Source of the DNA: Candidatus Sericytochromatia bacterium
GTDB taxonomy: Bacteria > Cyanobacteriota > Sericytochromatia > S15B-MN24 > UBA4093
Length of the DNA: 64,000 nt
Direction of reading: 5' to 3'
Assembly: GCA_036676495.1 (NCBI GenBank)
Contig: JAKFCT010000010.1
Span: 32,001-96,000 of the forward strand
Shown: piece after piece, positions 28,228 through 37,391 of the stretch
Position numbering within the stretch: the stretch's first letter is position 1
Layout of the letters: each line of letters begins with the position of its first letter
Notes under the pieces: model-generated
Databases searched by the model: none
What the model saw: only the letters and a program-made list of their open reading frames with translations
Told to the model about the DNA's origin: nothing
Translations under genes and position numbers: made by a program

Positions 28228-28539
28228 CCCTACCCCCTTTCCGCCTACGCTGTCTTTTTATACCTCCTCCAAAGCGCTTGGGACACGTCAGCTTGGACGG
28301 CAATCGGCCTGTACGGGGCGGCTTACGCCGGATCCTCATGGGATGAGCGAGGGTCCTTCGCACAACGGAAGCTCAGAGGCCTCCAGGATCCAAGGGCCGT
28401 ACCGAGCCCTTCGGGTCCGCATGGCCGCGGGACGAAACTTTGAGCCCCAGGAAGCCGATAAGGTACGGATGAGCAGGAAAAATGTCCTTTTGGCAACTCG
28501 TGTCATCCCCCCGAGCCTTGAGAACTAGAGGATCCAACC

Positions 28540-28965
28540 GTGCCCAGTCTTGAAATCACCATGCCGCGCGTCGCCCCCGCGACCAAGCGGCGGCTCGCCG
28601 AGACCCTTACCCAAGCATTCGCTGAGACGACGACCTTCGAGCCCGAGATCTTCGGGATCTCGTTTCGCGAGTACGACCTCGAGGAAGCTGCGCATGGGGG
28701 CAAGCTCTGGGACGGCAGCGGGATTCCCCATCTGCACTTCCTGCTCTGTATCCCCCGGATCTCCCGTGCGACCAAGCAAAAGCTCGCCGAGACGCTTTCC
28801 CGGGTCTTCGGTGAGGGCATCGGCAACCCGGACTGGACGCCGATCATCCACATCAACGAGCACCCCTACGACAATATCGTCGTCAGCGGAAAGCTCCTCA
28901 CGGATCTGCACCCGCCGCTGGCGACACTTCCCTTCTACTACCCGACGACGGATCGCGAGCCCTGA
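28540..28965 (+). CDS. Tautomerase-superfamily protein with two fused 4-OT-like units
   Basis: N-terminal Pro (M-PSLEI); duplicated P.I...TK..LAETL...F...GK unit. Confidence 0.75.
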   Translation: MPSLEITMPRVAPATKRRLAETLTQAFAETTTFEPEIFGISFREYDLEEAAHGGKLWDGSGIPHLHFLLCIPRISRATKQKLAETLSRVFGEGIGNPDWTPIIHINEHPYDNIVVSGKLLTDLHPPLATLPFYYPTTDREP

Positions 28966-29383
28966 AGGGCTCAGTGACAGGTGAGCGGCCTTGCGCCCTT
29001 CCAACGACGGCGCGCCAGCTTCGACGAGAGCGCGGGCCATGTGCGGATAGCCGAGGGGTGTGGACGAAAAACCGACGAGATCGGTAACTGATACGGACGT
29101 AAGAACAAGGCCCCGGAGTTACCTTGAAGCTGTGAGGAGTGAGACCTGAAACGAGTGAAGCGAAGGACGGTTAACACCCTTCGAGGCGACACCGCCACGC
29201 AGTTGATTTTGTGAACAGGTCAACAGCCCCTCCGGCCCCCGCCATCCGCGCGGGGGCCTCTTCCATTGAACCTCTTCAAAAGCCTTTCTTCCCACCTCGG
29301 ATCGCCGTCAGGAGGCCTGAACGTCGGGCGATCTGGCTCAGGGAAATCCCGGAACGCGCTCAGAGTAGGCACGATCTCCCGGA

Positions 29384-30736
29384 TTAAACGTCGGCGGTCG
29401 TGGAGAGCGTGGGATCGTGGGGAACGACTTCAGTGGCGCGGCGCCAGCGGGCCGTGGCGAAGTATGCGATCGTGGCCGCGCCCAGGGTCAGGACGGTCCA
29501 GAGAAGCGCCATCGGAAAGGCGATGAGGCTTCCGATCACGCTCCAGATCACTCCCAGCAAGTTGACGACCAGGGCCAGTAGGATCCCCTTCGAGATCGCC
29601 TTTCCCTTGATCTTAAGGACCGCGCTGGAGCTCAAGGCGCCAAAGAGGGCCAGGGTGACGCCCACGGCGTTCAGCATGACCTCGAAGGTGTTGGAGAGCA
29701 GCAGGATCACGGCCATCCCCGCGAGCAGCCCGACAGGGCCCGCACCGCCCCAGCGACCCTCGCGCCAACGCGCCCAGGACGGGAGGTAGCGATCACGGGC
29801 CATGGCGTCAGCGATCCAGGGTCCGGCCATGGCCATGGCAATGATGACCGAGACCAGGATCAGGAAGATCATGCCAGACGCCAGGCGGCCGCCGAAATCG
29901 CCCAGCAGGCGCAAAGCGACGAGGTGGCCGAGCGTGAGGGCTCCGCCTTCGGACTGCGTGGCGTGCTGCAGCTCCGCGGGCGAGAGGGCGGTCACGAAGA
30001 CGAAATTCAAGAGCATGTACATGAGCGTGACGGAGCCAAGCCCGAGAAACATCGCACGAGGAACGTTCTTGACGGGGTCCTTCACCTGGGAGGCGAGATA
30101 GACCGTCATACTCCAGCCCGTGAAGGCGAAGCCGACGTAGTTCTGCGCGGTGGCAAAGGGAACGCTCGTGATCGCACTGAGGGTCTGAAGCGTGGGCAGG
30201 GCGCGCGAGGGCTCCGTGATGCCCGAGAACAACGCTCCTGCGAGGAAAACTAGGATGATCCCGAGCTTGAGCAAGACCCCGATATTCTGGACGAGTTCCC
30301 CCCACTTGAGCCCGCCGGCCTGAACCGCACTAACGGCCAGTAGGACGAGCAGGCCGATGGGCATGGCGATCGCCCGGCCCGTGAGCACCTCGGCATAAGC
30401 ACCGGCGGCCACGGCGGCCAAGGCCATGGGAGCGGCAAAGCCGAAGATCAGGATGATCCAGCCTGCCAGGTAACCGGCAATGGGGTGGTAGAGGTCGTGG
30501 AGGTAGCGGTACTCTCCGCCACTCTGGGGGAGGTGGGCAGCGACCGCAGAGTAGCAAATGGCTCCGCAGGCGGCCAGGAGGCCTCCCAGCAGCCAACTCA
30601 AGAGAATGGCGGCGGGATCGAGGTCATGGGCCAGGAAGCCGCTGGTGATGAAGACTCCGCTGCCTATCATCGACGAGATGACCAGTCCGGTGGCACTGAA
30701 CAGTCCAAGCGGCGCGGTGAGACGGGCGGTGGACAT
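29384..30736 (-). CDS. APC-family amino acid permease (copy 2)
   Basis: Close paralogue of 24508-25914 (MSTARL..PLGLFSATGLVISSMIGSGVF). Confidence 0.9.
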   Translation of the reverse strand: MSTARLTAPLGLFSATGLVISSMIGSGVFITSGFLAHDLDPAAILLSWLLGGLLAACGAICYSAVAAHLPQSGGEYRYLHDLYHPIAGYLAGWIILIFGFAAPMALAAVAAGAYAEVLTGRAIAMPIGLLVLLAVSAVQAGGLKWGELVQNIGVLLKLGIILVFLAGALFSGITEPSRALPTLQTLSAITSVPFATAQNYVGFAFTGWSMTVYLASQVKDPVKNVPRAMFLGLGSVTLMYMLLNFVFVTALSPAELQHATQSEGGALTLGHLVALRLLGDFGGRLASGMIFLILVSVIIAMAMAGPWIADAMARDRYLPSWARWREGRWGGAGPVGLLAGMAVILLLSNTFEVMLNAVGVTLALFGALSSSAVLKIKGKAISKGILLALVVNLLGVIWSVIGSLIAFPMALLWTVLTLGAATIAYFATARWRRATEVVPHDPTLSTTADV

Positions 30737-30876
30737 TCAGCCCCCTTTCAAAACAGCATCGAAATCACGGTATTCCCCAATCCTAGAGCACGAACGCCTG
30801 GCTATGCCACTAACAGGGGGAAATATGGCGGTTGTTTTCGCAGCCTTGTTAGGTTTTAAAAGCCTCCGGCCGAGAC

Positions 30877-30980
30877 CTTCGACGGCTCGCAAAACAAAGC
30901 TGACGGGATGCAAGTTGCGCACGTCAGGTAAAGTGCCCTTGAGGGGATGCCAATCGATCTTTCTTCACCAAGCTATGCGA
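30877..30980. repeat. Most decayed att-like copy (hairpin, tRNA 3' fragment, element arm); distal island boundary
   Basis: CTTCGAC...CTGACGGGATGCAAGTTGCGCACGTCAG...GTGCCCTTGAGGGGAT; 30946-30980 matches 35481-35515 at 22/35 ungapped (hand count). Confidence 0.65.
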
Positions 30981-31164
30981 TCGAGAGAGCATTGGTAGGT
31001 GTTCCTTGGCCCGAAGAGCTGAAGCGAGTGCATTTGTAAGCTGGAAAACCAACGGGTCCTGTATGATAGGGGAGCCTCGTAACGCGGCGCAGTTTGAGCC
31101 TCGCCTCTCTCCTTGCTCGCGGGGTGAGCCAACGTGTCATGCTCTCATAACAAGGAGTCCGCAG

Positions 31165-32055
31165 GTGTCAAAATTGCGCTTCAAGCTAGCAGGATCTATC
31201 CTCCTGGCTTGCCTGCTCTTCCTGGCAGGATGGGCATTCTGGTTTGAGCCCCGTGTCCTTGTAGCCAGAGAAGCGGCTCTCGACGTGCCACGCTGGAACC
31301 CCGCCCATGAGGGGCTCCGTGTTGCACTCTTGGCAGACCTCCATATCGGCTCCCCACAACATGGCATTGCGAAGTTGCGCGAGATCGTCGCCCGAGTGAA
31401 CCAGGCAGAGCCCGATGTCATTCTGCTTCTGGGCGATTTCGTCATTCAAGGCGTGAGAGGCGGAACTTTCGTCCCCCCTGAGGAAGCAGCAGTCGAGCTC
31501 TCCAAGCTTCGAGCCCCGTACGGGAAATTTGGGGTCTTGGGCAACCACGATTGGTGGTTGGACGGCCCAAGAGTCGCCGCGGCGCTCGAGAGCGCAGGCG
31601 TCACGATGCTGGAGAACACCTCCACGAAGCTGACCATAAACGGTCAACCGCTGTGGCTTGCTGGTGTCAGCGACTACGTCGCAAGCCAACCCGACTTGAA
31701 TTCAGCTCTCAGAGGGATCCCTGAGGATCACCCCGTCCTCTTGCTGAGCCACAATCCGGATTTTTTCCCGCACGTTCCTCAGCGGGTTTCCCTCACGGTC
31801 TCGGGGCATACCCATGGCGGCCAAGTCAATCTGCCGTTCATTGGTCGGCCCGTCGTTCCTTCCGCATTCGGCGAACGCTTTGCAGCTGGCCATGTCGTGG
31901 AGAACGGCCGACATCTCTACGTGTCTACCGGAACCGGAACCAGTATCTTGCCTGGTCGGTTCCGAGTGCCGCCAGAATGGGGGGTGCTGACGCTTCGCCC
32001 CCTTGGACAGGTTCAATCCACCAAACCGTCTTCATCGGCGAGAATCGTCCGGTAG
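31165..32055 (+). CDS. Calcineurin-like metallophosphoesterase (YkuE/YaeI-like)
   Basis: DLH, GDF, GNHD, SHNPD, GHTHGGQ; N-terminal TM; AAGGAG then GTG. Confidence 0.9.
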   Translation: MSKLRFKLAGSILLACLLFLAGWAFWFEPRVLVAREAALDVPRWNPAHEGLRVALLADLHIGSPQHGIAKLREIVARVNQAEPDVILLLGDFVIQGVRGGTFVPPEEAAVELSKLRAPYGKFGVLGNHDWWLDGPRVAAALESAGVTMLENTSTKLTINGQPLWLAGVSDYVASQPDLNSALRGIPEDHPVLLLSHNPDFFPHVPQRVSLTVSGHTHGGQVNLPFIGRPVVPSAFGERFAAGHVVENGRHLYVSTGTGTSILPGRFRVPPEWGVLTLRPLGQVQSTKPSSSARIVR

Positions 32056-32096
32056 CGGATCTAATCATGTAGGCCGAAACGATGTGCTTTAGATAA

Positions 32097-32155
32097 CTTC
32101 GACCTAAGCACTACTGACACGATAGTTCCTCTAACCTCTTAACCACGTTAACCGA
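32097..32155. repeat. Partial att-like copy (arm only, hairpin lost)
   Basis: CTTCGAC...GATAGT...CTTAACCACGTTAACCGA versus GATAGT...CTTAACCATGTTAACCGA at 35481; same spacing, last 18 nt match 17/18. Confidence 0.65.
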
Positions 32156-32354
32156 GAAGGTCATCAGGTCCACACCGTGACGCTCGCGAGCAATAAAAGA
32201 AAATATCCCGAAACCTACAAGAAAATATCAAAAAAGAACTGAGTCACATCGGGTATAAGGTCAACTAGACGATTGGCAGCAGACATGCTCGTTCCTGGAG
32301 CGTGTCAAAAGCTATGCGCCGTTTCTCGACATATTCTACTAAGAGATCAAGCAA

Positions 32355-32801
32355 TTGAAGAATTGTAGCGAACCATGCACCTTCTGCCAGATCATTAACA
32401 AAGAAGCGCCAGCGAGTCTCGTCTTTGAAGATGAAGACATCATTTCATTCCTAGATTTGGCCCCCGTAAACGCTGGACATCTCTTAGTGCTGCCGAAGCA
32501 GCATGCGTTTTCTTTGTCAGACTTGGATGAGCGTATTAGCCTTCGTGTATTCGAGATAGCGCTGCAGTTGTCGAGAGTACTTCGAGATTCCGAGCAGGAC
32601 TGGGAGGGGATGAACCTACATCTCGCGGAAGGGGAAGCTGCCGAGCAAGGTATTCCTCACGCCCATTTGCACGTGATCCCACGTAGACAGGGGGATGCGG
32701 TCAAAATCCATCTACCGTGTCTGCGGTCGCCTAAACGCGAAGAGCTCGACTCGCTCGCCTCACGTTTACGCCAAGGGCATCAAGTCATGAGGAATCGCTA
32801 G
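32355..32801 (+). CDS. HIT-family nucleotide hydrolase
   Basis: CTFCQI, GHLLVLPKQH, HAHLHVIPR. Confidence 0.9.
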   Translation: MKNCSEPCTFCQIINKEAPASLVFEDEDIISFLDLAPVNAGHLLVLPKQHAFSLSDLDERISLRVFEIALQLSRVLRDSEQDWEGMNLHLAEGEAAEQGIPHAHLHVIPRRQGDAVKIHLPCLRSPKREELDSLASRLRQGHQVMRNR

Positions 32802-32836
32802 AGACGAGCAAGTTCGCATTTGTGAGGAGGACTACA

Positions 32837-33487
32837 TTGAAAAGTATTCGTTCCATCCTACTTGCTGGTGCGATCTGCAGCTTGATCCAAGGCCCAGCCC
32901 TGGCCTACGAGCTGGTATTCGATGTCGATTCGCGTTACAACAACCTTGCTCGGGTAGCAAGTGCCTCAAAGGTGGTGGAGCTTGCCGTTACGAACCCTTA
33001 TCATCCGGAGGCTCTGCTGAAGTCCTCGGGGCGTTTCCAGTATACTTTCACCCCGATGGTGCCGGTTCAGGACCAAGACAACGGCGTCACGATGACGCGC
33101 CATGGCCAGATCTTTAAAATTACTCCGCTGGACGCCGAGGGAAGACCTATTGGACTTGGCTCGACCTCCGTGAGCGTGGTTCCTCGCCAAGTCTTCAACG
33201 GCGCTACGGTCAAGAGCTTGCTAACACCTGCGAGTGGCCTCGTGGCATCGGCGTTGGCTGGCTACTACTCAGGAAGCCAGCTTTCCCCAAATGCCACGGC
33301 CGGAGCGAACATGGTTAATGCAACGGCGCTCGTGGCTTCGGTGCTAAGCTTGGTAGCCCATGGGATGACTACCTGGGAGATAATTACCGCCAGTTACCAG
33401 TATGACGAACGCTACGTCTTCGAAGCCAGACCCAGCCAAGATCAGGCTAGTGGCATAAGGTTCACGCGGCGGCTGAGCAGCAACTAG
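32837..33487 (+). CDS. Hypothetical exported/membrane protein
   Basis: AGGAGG then TTG; signal peptide (GPALA); C-terminal hydrophobic segments. Confidence 0.65.
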   Translation: MKSIRSILLAGAICSLIQGPALAYELVFDVDSRYNNLARVASASKVVELAVTNPYHPEALLKSSGRFQYTFTPMVPVQDQDNGVTMTRHGQIFKITPLDAEGRPIGLGSTSVSVVPRQVFNGATVKSLLTPASGLVASALAGYYSGSQLSPNATAGANMVNATALVASVLSLVAHGMTTWEIITASYQYDERYVFEARPSQDQASGIRFTRRLSSN

Positions 33488-33496
33488 GAGGTTCAC

Positions 33497-33655
33497 ATGC
33501 ATGGCACTGGTAAGAAACCGGACGTAGAGGGCGGCTGCATGGGCACTTTTGCCCTGCAAGAATGTAATGGTTGCGGCCACGATAATTGTGTGAACGCCAG
33601 TTGGAAAACGTGGACCTGTTGGTCATGCAACCATCATAACCACATCGGCCGTTGA
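33497..33655 (+). CDS. Small zinc-ribbon-like protein (52 aa, below the ORF-track cutoff)
   Basis: GGAGG RBS; MHGTGKKPDVEGGCMGTFALQECNGCGHDNCVNASWKTWTCWSCNHHNHIGR. Confidence 0.6.
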   Translation: MHGTGKKPDVEGGCMGTFALQECNGCGHDNCVNASWKTWTCWSCNHHNHIGR

Positions 33656-33792
33656 ATTTCCTTTGAACCGCTCCTCAAGGAACCTAACCCCACAGGAGTT
33701 CAGCCGAAAGACCAATTACATGGAGTGAGACAGAAGCTTTAGGCGACTCTATTACTGGTGTCAGGTCAGGCCTATAATAGACAATGAATATA

Positions 33793-35217
33793 CTAAGAGT
33801 TCGTACCGGGGAGCGTTAGAATTTTCATTGGTTCCCTCACTTGCCCAGTTTCGTCTACCAGCGAGTAGGGTTCTTTCTTCTTTACCTTGCCTAACACTTC
33901 CACAAGCGCCTGAGAGTAGCGCCCATTATGGTTCCCATTTAGGCCAACATCAAGATGGTACTTATTATTACCGAATTTAACATCGAAGCCCGTATCTAAC
34001 TTCACCTGCTTAATCAGCCGATCAACGTGGTACCAGCTTTTGTATCCTAATTTTTTTCCTACATCGCTGAGAGAGTAAGGATAGAGCAAGGCAATAGCAT
34101 CGGGGTCGGAAACAGTACCAAACCCTAGCACGTTCATAAGATTGCTTTCCGTCGATGAGGAGTCAAGAGTCGCAATGTTTACTGAAAGACTTGCGTTTGC
34201 CGATTTGTTCTTAACAATATCATAGATATTAGTCATCAAGTTCCTAAGATAACGAACGTCGATTTGTTTAACTGCTACTGGTTGCGATATGGTCTCGAAT
34301 AGTGCTCCAAAACTGTCAACCAAAAGGTAGTTTACCCTAATTGAGCGGCCATCACCAAGATCAATAACTTTCTCACTAGGTGGTCTTTTACTCTGATCAA
34401 ACGAGCTCTGCCAATCGACAAACCAAATATTTCCGACCAAGTCGCCTGACTCACCTGGGACCATCTCCGCGATATCAGACAGTATTTCCTTGATATTCAT
34501 ATCTGAAACGGAATATCCCATAATTATTAACGGGAATTCAATGAAATAGGTCAAGAGTTTTGCAGTGAGATACTTCTTCTTCCTCATGAATTCTTGGTAG
34601 TCTTCGTGAGATATCACTAGTGACTCTGGTTCCGAAGCACATCCATGAACCTTAAGGATTTCGCCAATTGCCTCAAAAACTGGCTTTCGAATAATTTTCT
34701 GACCAATAATAGGATTGAAGAAGGGAAAGACCTTTTCCATTAGACCATCGTAATTAGTTGTAATCACAGCATGGGGTTCGACCTTTGACAGAAGTTTGAG
34801 TTCGACAGAGGTCGGCGTATCAGTAAGATCAAGATTGACCTTCTCGGTCAGGCTAGTAAACAATGACGCAATCTTATGCTTTAGAAAAATACCTTTGGAA
34901 TAAGTTCCCGTATAAAGGTAGTCAGGGAACAACCCACTGCCGTGCTGTTCCCAGGCATAGGTCTGGTAACCATCCTCAAGTAATGACGCAACCTTTGGAA
35001 GATCGTGGTCGGCCCTTTGCGAATAAAATCCAAACGGCATATCAAGCTTAGGGTTCTCTGAAACTAGATACTCCAGCAATTCAGGCCAAGATGGTGCCTG
35101 TAGATACCTTTTGGATAGGCCTGCGCCTACAAAGAGAATCGGTCGGCAGCCCATCTCTTGAATAACGGATCGCAGATGGAGAAGAGAATCTCTTAAATAG
35201 TCGTCATAAATTTTCAT
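33793..35217 (-). CDS. SIR2-like (SIR2_2) domain protein, candidate anti-phage NADase
   Basis: FVGAGLS..PSW, ITTNYD, LKVHG, GYSVSD.NI; AT-rich. Confidence 0.85.
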   Translation of the reverse strand: MKIYDDYLRDSLLHLRSVIQEMGCRPILFVGAGLSKRYLQAPSWPELLEYLVSENPKLDMPFGFYSQRADHDLPKVASLLEDGYQTYAWEQHGSGLFPDYLYTGTYSKGIFLKHKIASLFTSLTEKVNLDLTDTPTSVELKLLSKVEPHAVITTNYDGLMEKVFPFFNPIIGQKIIRKPVFEAIGEILKVHGCASEPESLVISHEDYQEFMRKKKYLTAKLLTYFIEFPLIIMGYSVSDMNIKEILSDIAEMVPGESGDLVGNIWFVDWQSSFDQSKRPPSEKVIDLGDGRSIRVNYLLVDSFGALFETISQPVAVKQIDVRYLRNLMTNIYDIVKNKSANASLSVNIATLDSSSTESNLMNVLGFGTVSDPDAIALLYPYSLSDVGKKLGYKSWYHVDRLIKQVKLDTGFDVKFGNNKYHLDVGLNGNHNGRYSQALVEVLGKVKKKEPYSLVDETGQVREPMKILTLPGTNS

Positions 35218-35413
35218 AACTGCTCCAAAATAATGAAGACTTGCTTGCCTTGTACATTCATAGCGCTACGACCTATTTAGGTCAAATGACTGATAGAATT
35301 ATTGCCTGACGCATGCACCCTAATCTACGGTATCTACTCGTTTCGCGGCGTTTATGGGTAATTGTCGAACCGACTTGCTCTCCTGGAAAGTCCACGTCTC
35401 TCCAAATAGAGGC

Positions 35414-35515
35414 CTTCGACAGCAAAGCAAAACCGGCGTGATGCAATGTGCATCACGCCGGTTTTGAGTACCCCTTACGGGATAGTCTTCAAACTTACTT
35501 AACCATGTTAACCGA
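35414..35515. repeat. att-like direct repeat: terminator hairpin, tRNA-Glu 3' fragment, element arm
   Basis: CAGCAAAGCAAAACCGGCGTGATGCAATGTGCATCACGCCGGTTTTGAGTACCCCTTACGGGAT closely matches 37344-37406. Confidence 0.85.
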
Positions 35516-35624
35516 CTTAGAGTCCCTTTGCGATCTCTAACGTGTAAGCAAATAGCGGGGCAAGGTCACCCTCGATAGTTTGAAAACCTGGATCAAGGCC
35601 ATAGGAGCTATAATCGAGACATAG

Positions 35625-37214
35625 TTGCCACGTCAAACGCCGGATCGGAGGGACGCGTTGTCTGAGGATGTTGAAACCCAAGGCACGACCTGGTGTGAGT
35701 GTTGCCGTTCGCCCATGAACGAGGGCATACAGACCGAACATGGCTTTGTGTGCTCGGTCCAATGTCTCAACACCGAACGAATCTGCGGTTCCATCCTCGA
35801 AAAGGCTCTAACTACCGGTTCGGCCTCCACCGCCATTCCAGGTTCAGTGAACAACTATGGGGATACCGTGGTCTTCGGTCCCGAACGCGGCCATGGAATT
35901 GCGGCAGAGCGAGCCAACCATTTCGTCGACGTTCTTAAAGGGCGAGACGCCAGTCACGTTGGCGGAGACAATGCCAAGAACGGTCCAGATCGCTTGGTAA
36001 ACGGTATCAATATCCAAAGTAAGTATTGCCACTCTGGTTCAAAATGCATTGCCGAATGCTTCGATGAAAAGGGCGCATTTCGCTATCGCAACGTCGATGG
36101 CAGCCCAATGCAAATCGAGGTTCCATCGAACTACTACGAGGATGCTGTTAAAGCTTTAGAGAATCGAATTCGCCGAGGCCAGGTCCCCGGTGTAACCGAT
36201 CCAGCAAAAGCCAAGGAGATCATTCGAAAGGGCGCGCTGACCTATCAACAGGCACGGAACGTCGCCAAGTTTTGCACGGTCGAATCACTCACCTACGACG
36301 CTATCACGGGGATCCAGGTAGCCGGCACAGCCTGTACGGTGACGGTTGCCATTTCATTTGCGCACGCCCTGTGGAACGGCGAAGACTGGAACGCCGCCGT
36401 CAAGCTTGCGGCTTCGTCAGGGCTCAAGGTCGGTGGCGCGGCATGGCTTACCAGCATCATTTCCGCTCAGCTAGCCAGAACCGGAGTGGAGGGGGCGATG
36501 CGCCCGGCCACCGATTTCATGGTCAAGAAGCTCGGTGCAAAGACCGCGGCTCAGCTGGCGAATGCCCTGCGGAACGGGAGTACGATTCATGGTGCCGCCG
36601 CCATGAATCACCTCTCCAAGGTGTTTCGCGGGAATATAGTTACCGGGCTAGTGACAACTGTGGTGCTCTCATCTGCGGACATTTCTCGCATGGTTCGAGG
36701 CCGGATCTCTGGACTCCAAGCCTTTAAGAACATTACGACGACGGCAGTCGGCGTCGCAGGCGGAACTGGAGGATGGATGGCCGGCGCTGCCGCTGGGGCA
36801 GCGCTCGGATCGGTGGTTCCCATCATTGGCACAGCGGCTGGCGGACTGGTGGGCGGATTGTTCGGCGCATTTGCAGGAGGCTCTCTGGGGAGTTCAGGAA
36901 CCAAGGCCATCCTCGATTGCTTTATTGAAGATGATGCCAAGCAAATGGCTGAACGCTTCGAATCAGAGTTGGTCCTTCAAGTTGAGGAATTCATGCTCAA
37001 TGAGGGGGAAATAGCCCGTCTACTTGAGCAAGTGGATAAGATTGACTTCGGAAAGGAACTTCAGAATATATACGCGTCCAGCAGCCGCAAGGCCTACCTG
37101 GTTCATCTTATCAAGCCACTCGTCGTCAGCGTCGTGGCCGAGCGCGGTTCGATCGCTCTCCCGAACGAAGATCAGCTATTGGATAGCATCAGCGACCTTG
37201 TAGAAACCCCCTGA
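35625..37214 (+). CDS. Putative PD-(D/E/Q)xK-like domain plus glycine-zipper membrane protein (possibly YeeR-like); start uncertain
   Basis: AAERAN...PDRLVNG..IQSKY; long GxxxG-rich hydrophobic region; N-terminal CxxC...CSxxC. Confidence 0.6.
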   Translation: MPRQTPDRRDALSEDVETQGTTWCECCRSPMNEGIQTEHGFVCSVQCLNTERICGSILEKALTTGSASTAIPGSVNNYGDTVVFGPERGHGIAAERANHFVDVLKGRDASHVGGDNAKNGPDRLVNGINIQSKYCHSGSKCIAECFDEKGAFRYRNVDGSPMQIEVPSNYYEDAVKALENRIRRGQVPGVTDPAKAKEIIRKGALTYQQARNVAKFCTVESLTYDAITGIQVAGTACTVTVAISFAHALWNGEDWNAAVKLAASSGLKVGGAAWLTSIISAQLARTGVEGAMRPATDFMVKKLGAKTAAQLANALRNGSTIHGAAAMNHLSKVFRGNIVTGLVTTVVLSSADISRMVRGRISGLQAFKNITTTAVGVAGGTGGWMAGAAAGAALGSVVPIIGTAAGGLVGGLFGAFAGGSLGSSGTKAILDCFIEDDAKQMAERFESELVLQVEEFMLNEGEIARLLEQVDKIDFGKELQNIYASSSRKAYLVHLIKPLVVSVVAERGSIALPNEDQLLDSISDLVETP

Positions 37215-37291
37215 CCAATCCTTGCCGAGTGTATTTTCTCTGATTTTCAGAACGGGCAATGAGTCCTACACTTCACCTGGACGGCCGCGTC

Positions 37292-37332
37292 TGACCTGCC
37301 CCCGAAAACTCCTCCAACCCGCATTAGAAGCT
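37292..37332 (-). mobile_element. Orphan IS3-family (IS407-group-like) terminal inverted repeat
   Basis: TGACCTGCCCCCGAAAACTCCTCCA resembles IS407-group ends; no transposase nearby. Confidence 0.45.
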
Positions 37333-37352
37333 CTCAAGCCGATCAGCAAAGT

Positions 37353-37388
37353 AAAACCGACGTGATGCAAGTTGCATCACGTCGGCTT
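37353..37388 (-). terminator. Intrinsic terminator of tRNA-Glu
   Basis: CCGACGTGATGCAA-g-TTGCATCACGTCGG stem with a T-tract on the minus strand. Confidence 0.8.
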
Positions 37389-37391
37389 GAG

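Noticed and set aside
29060-29100. Hammerhead-like words (CGAAA...CTGATA)
   Set aside because: No stem I, no UH cleavage site, and the CUGANGA core is not matched
33664-33690. TGAACCGCTCC resembling an IS3-type end
   Set aside because: Too short, with no partner end or transposase
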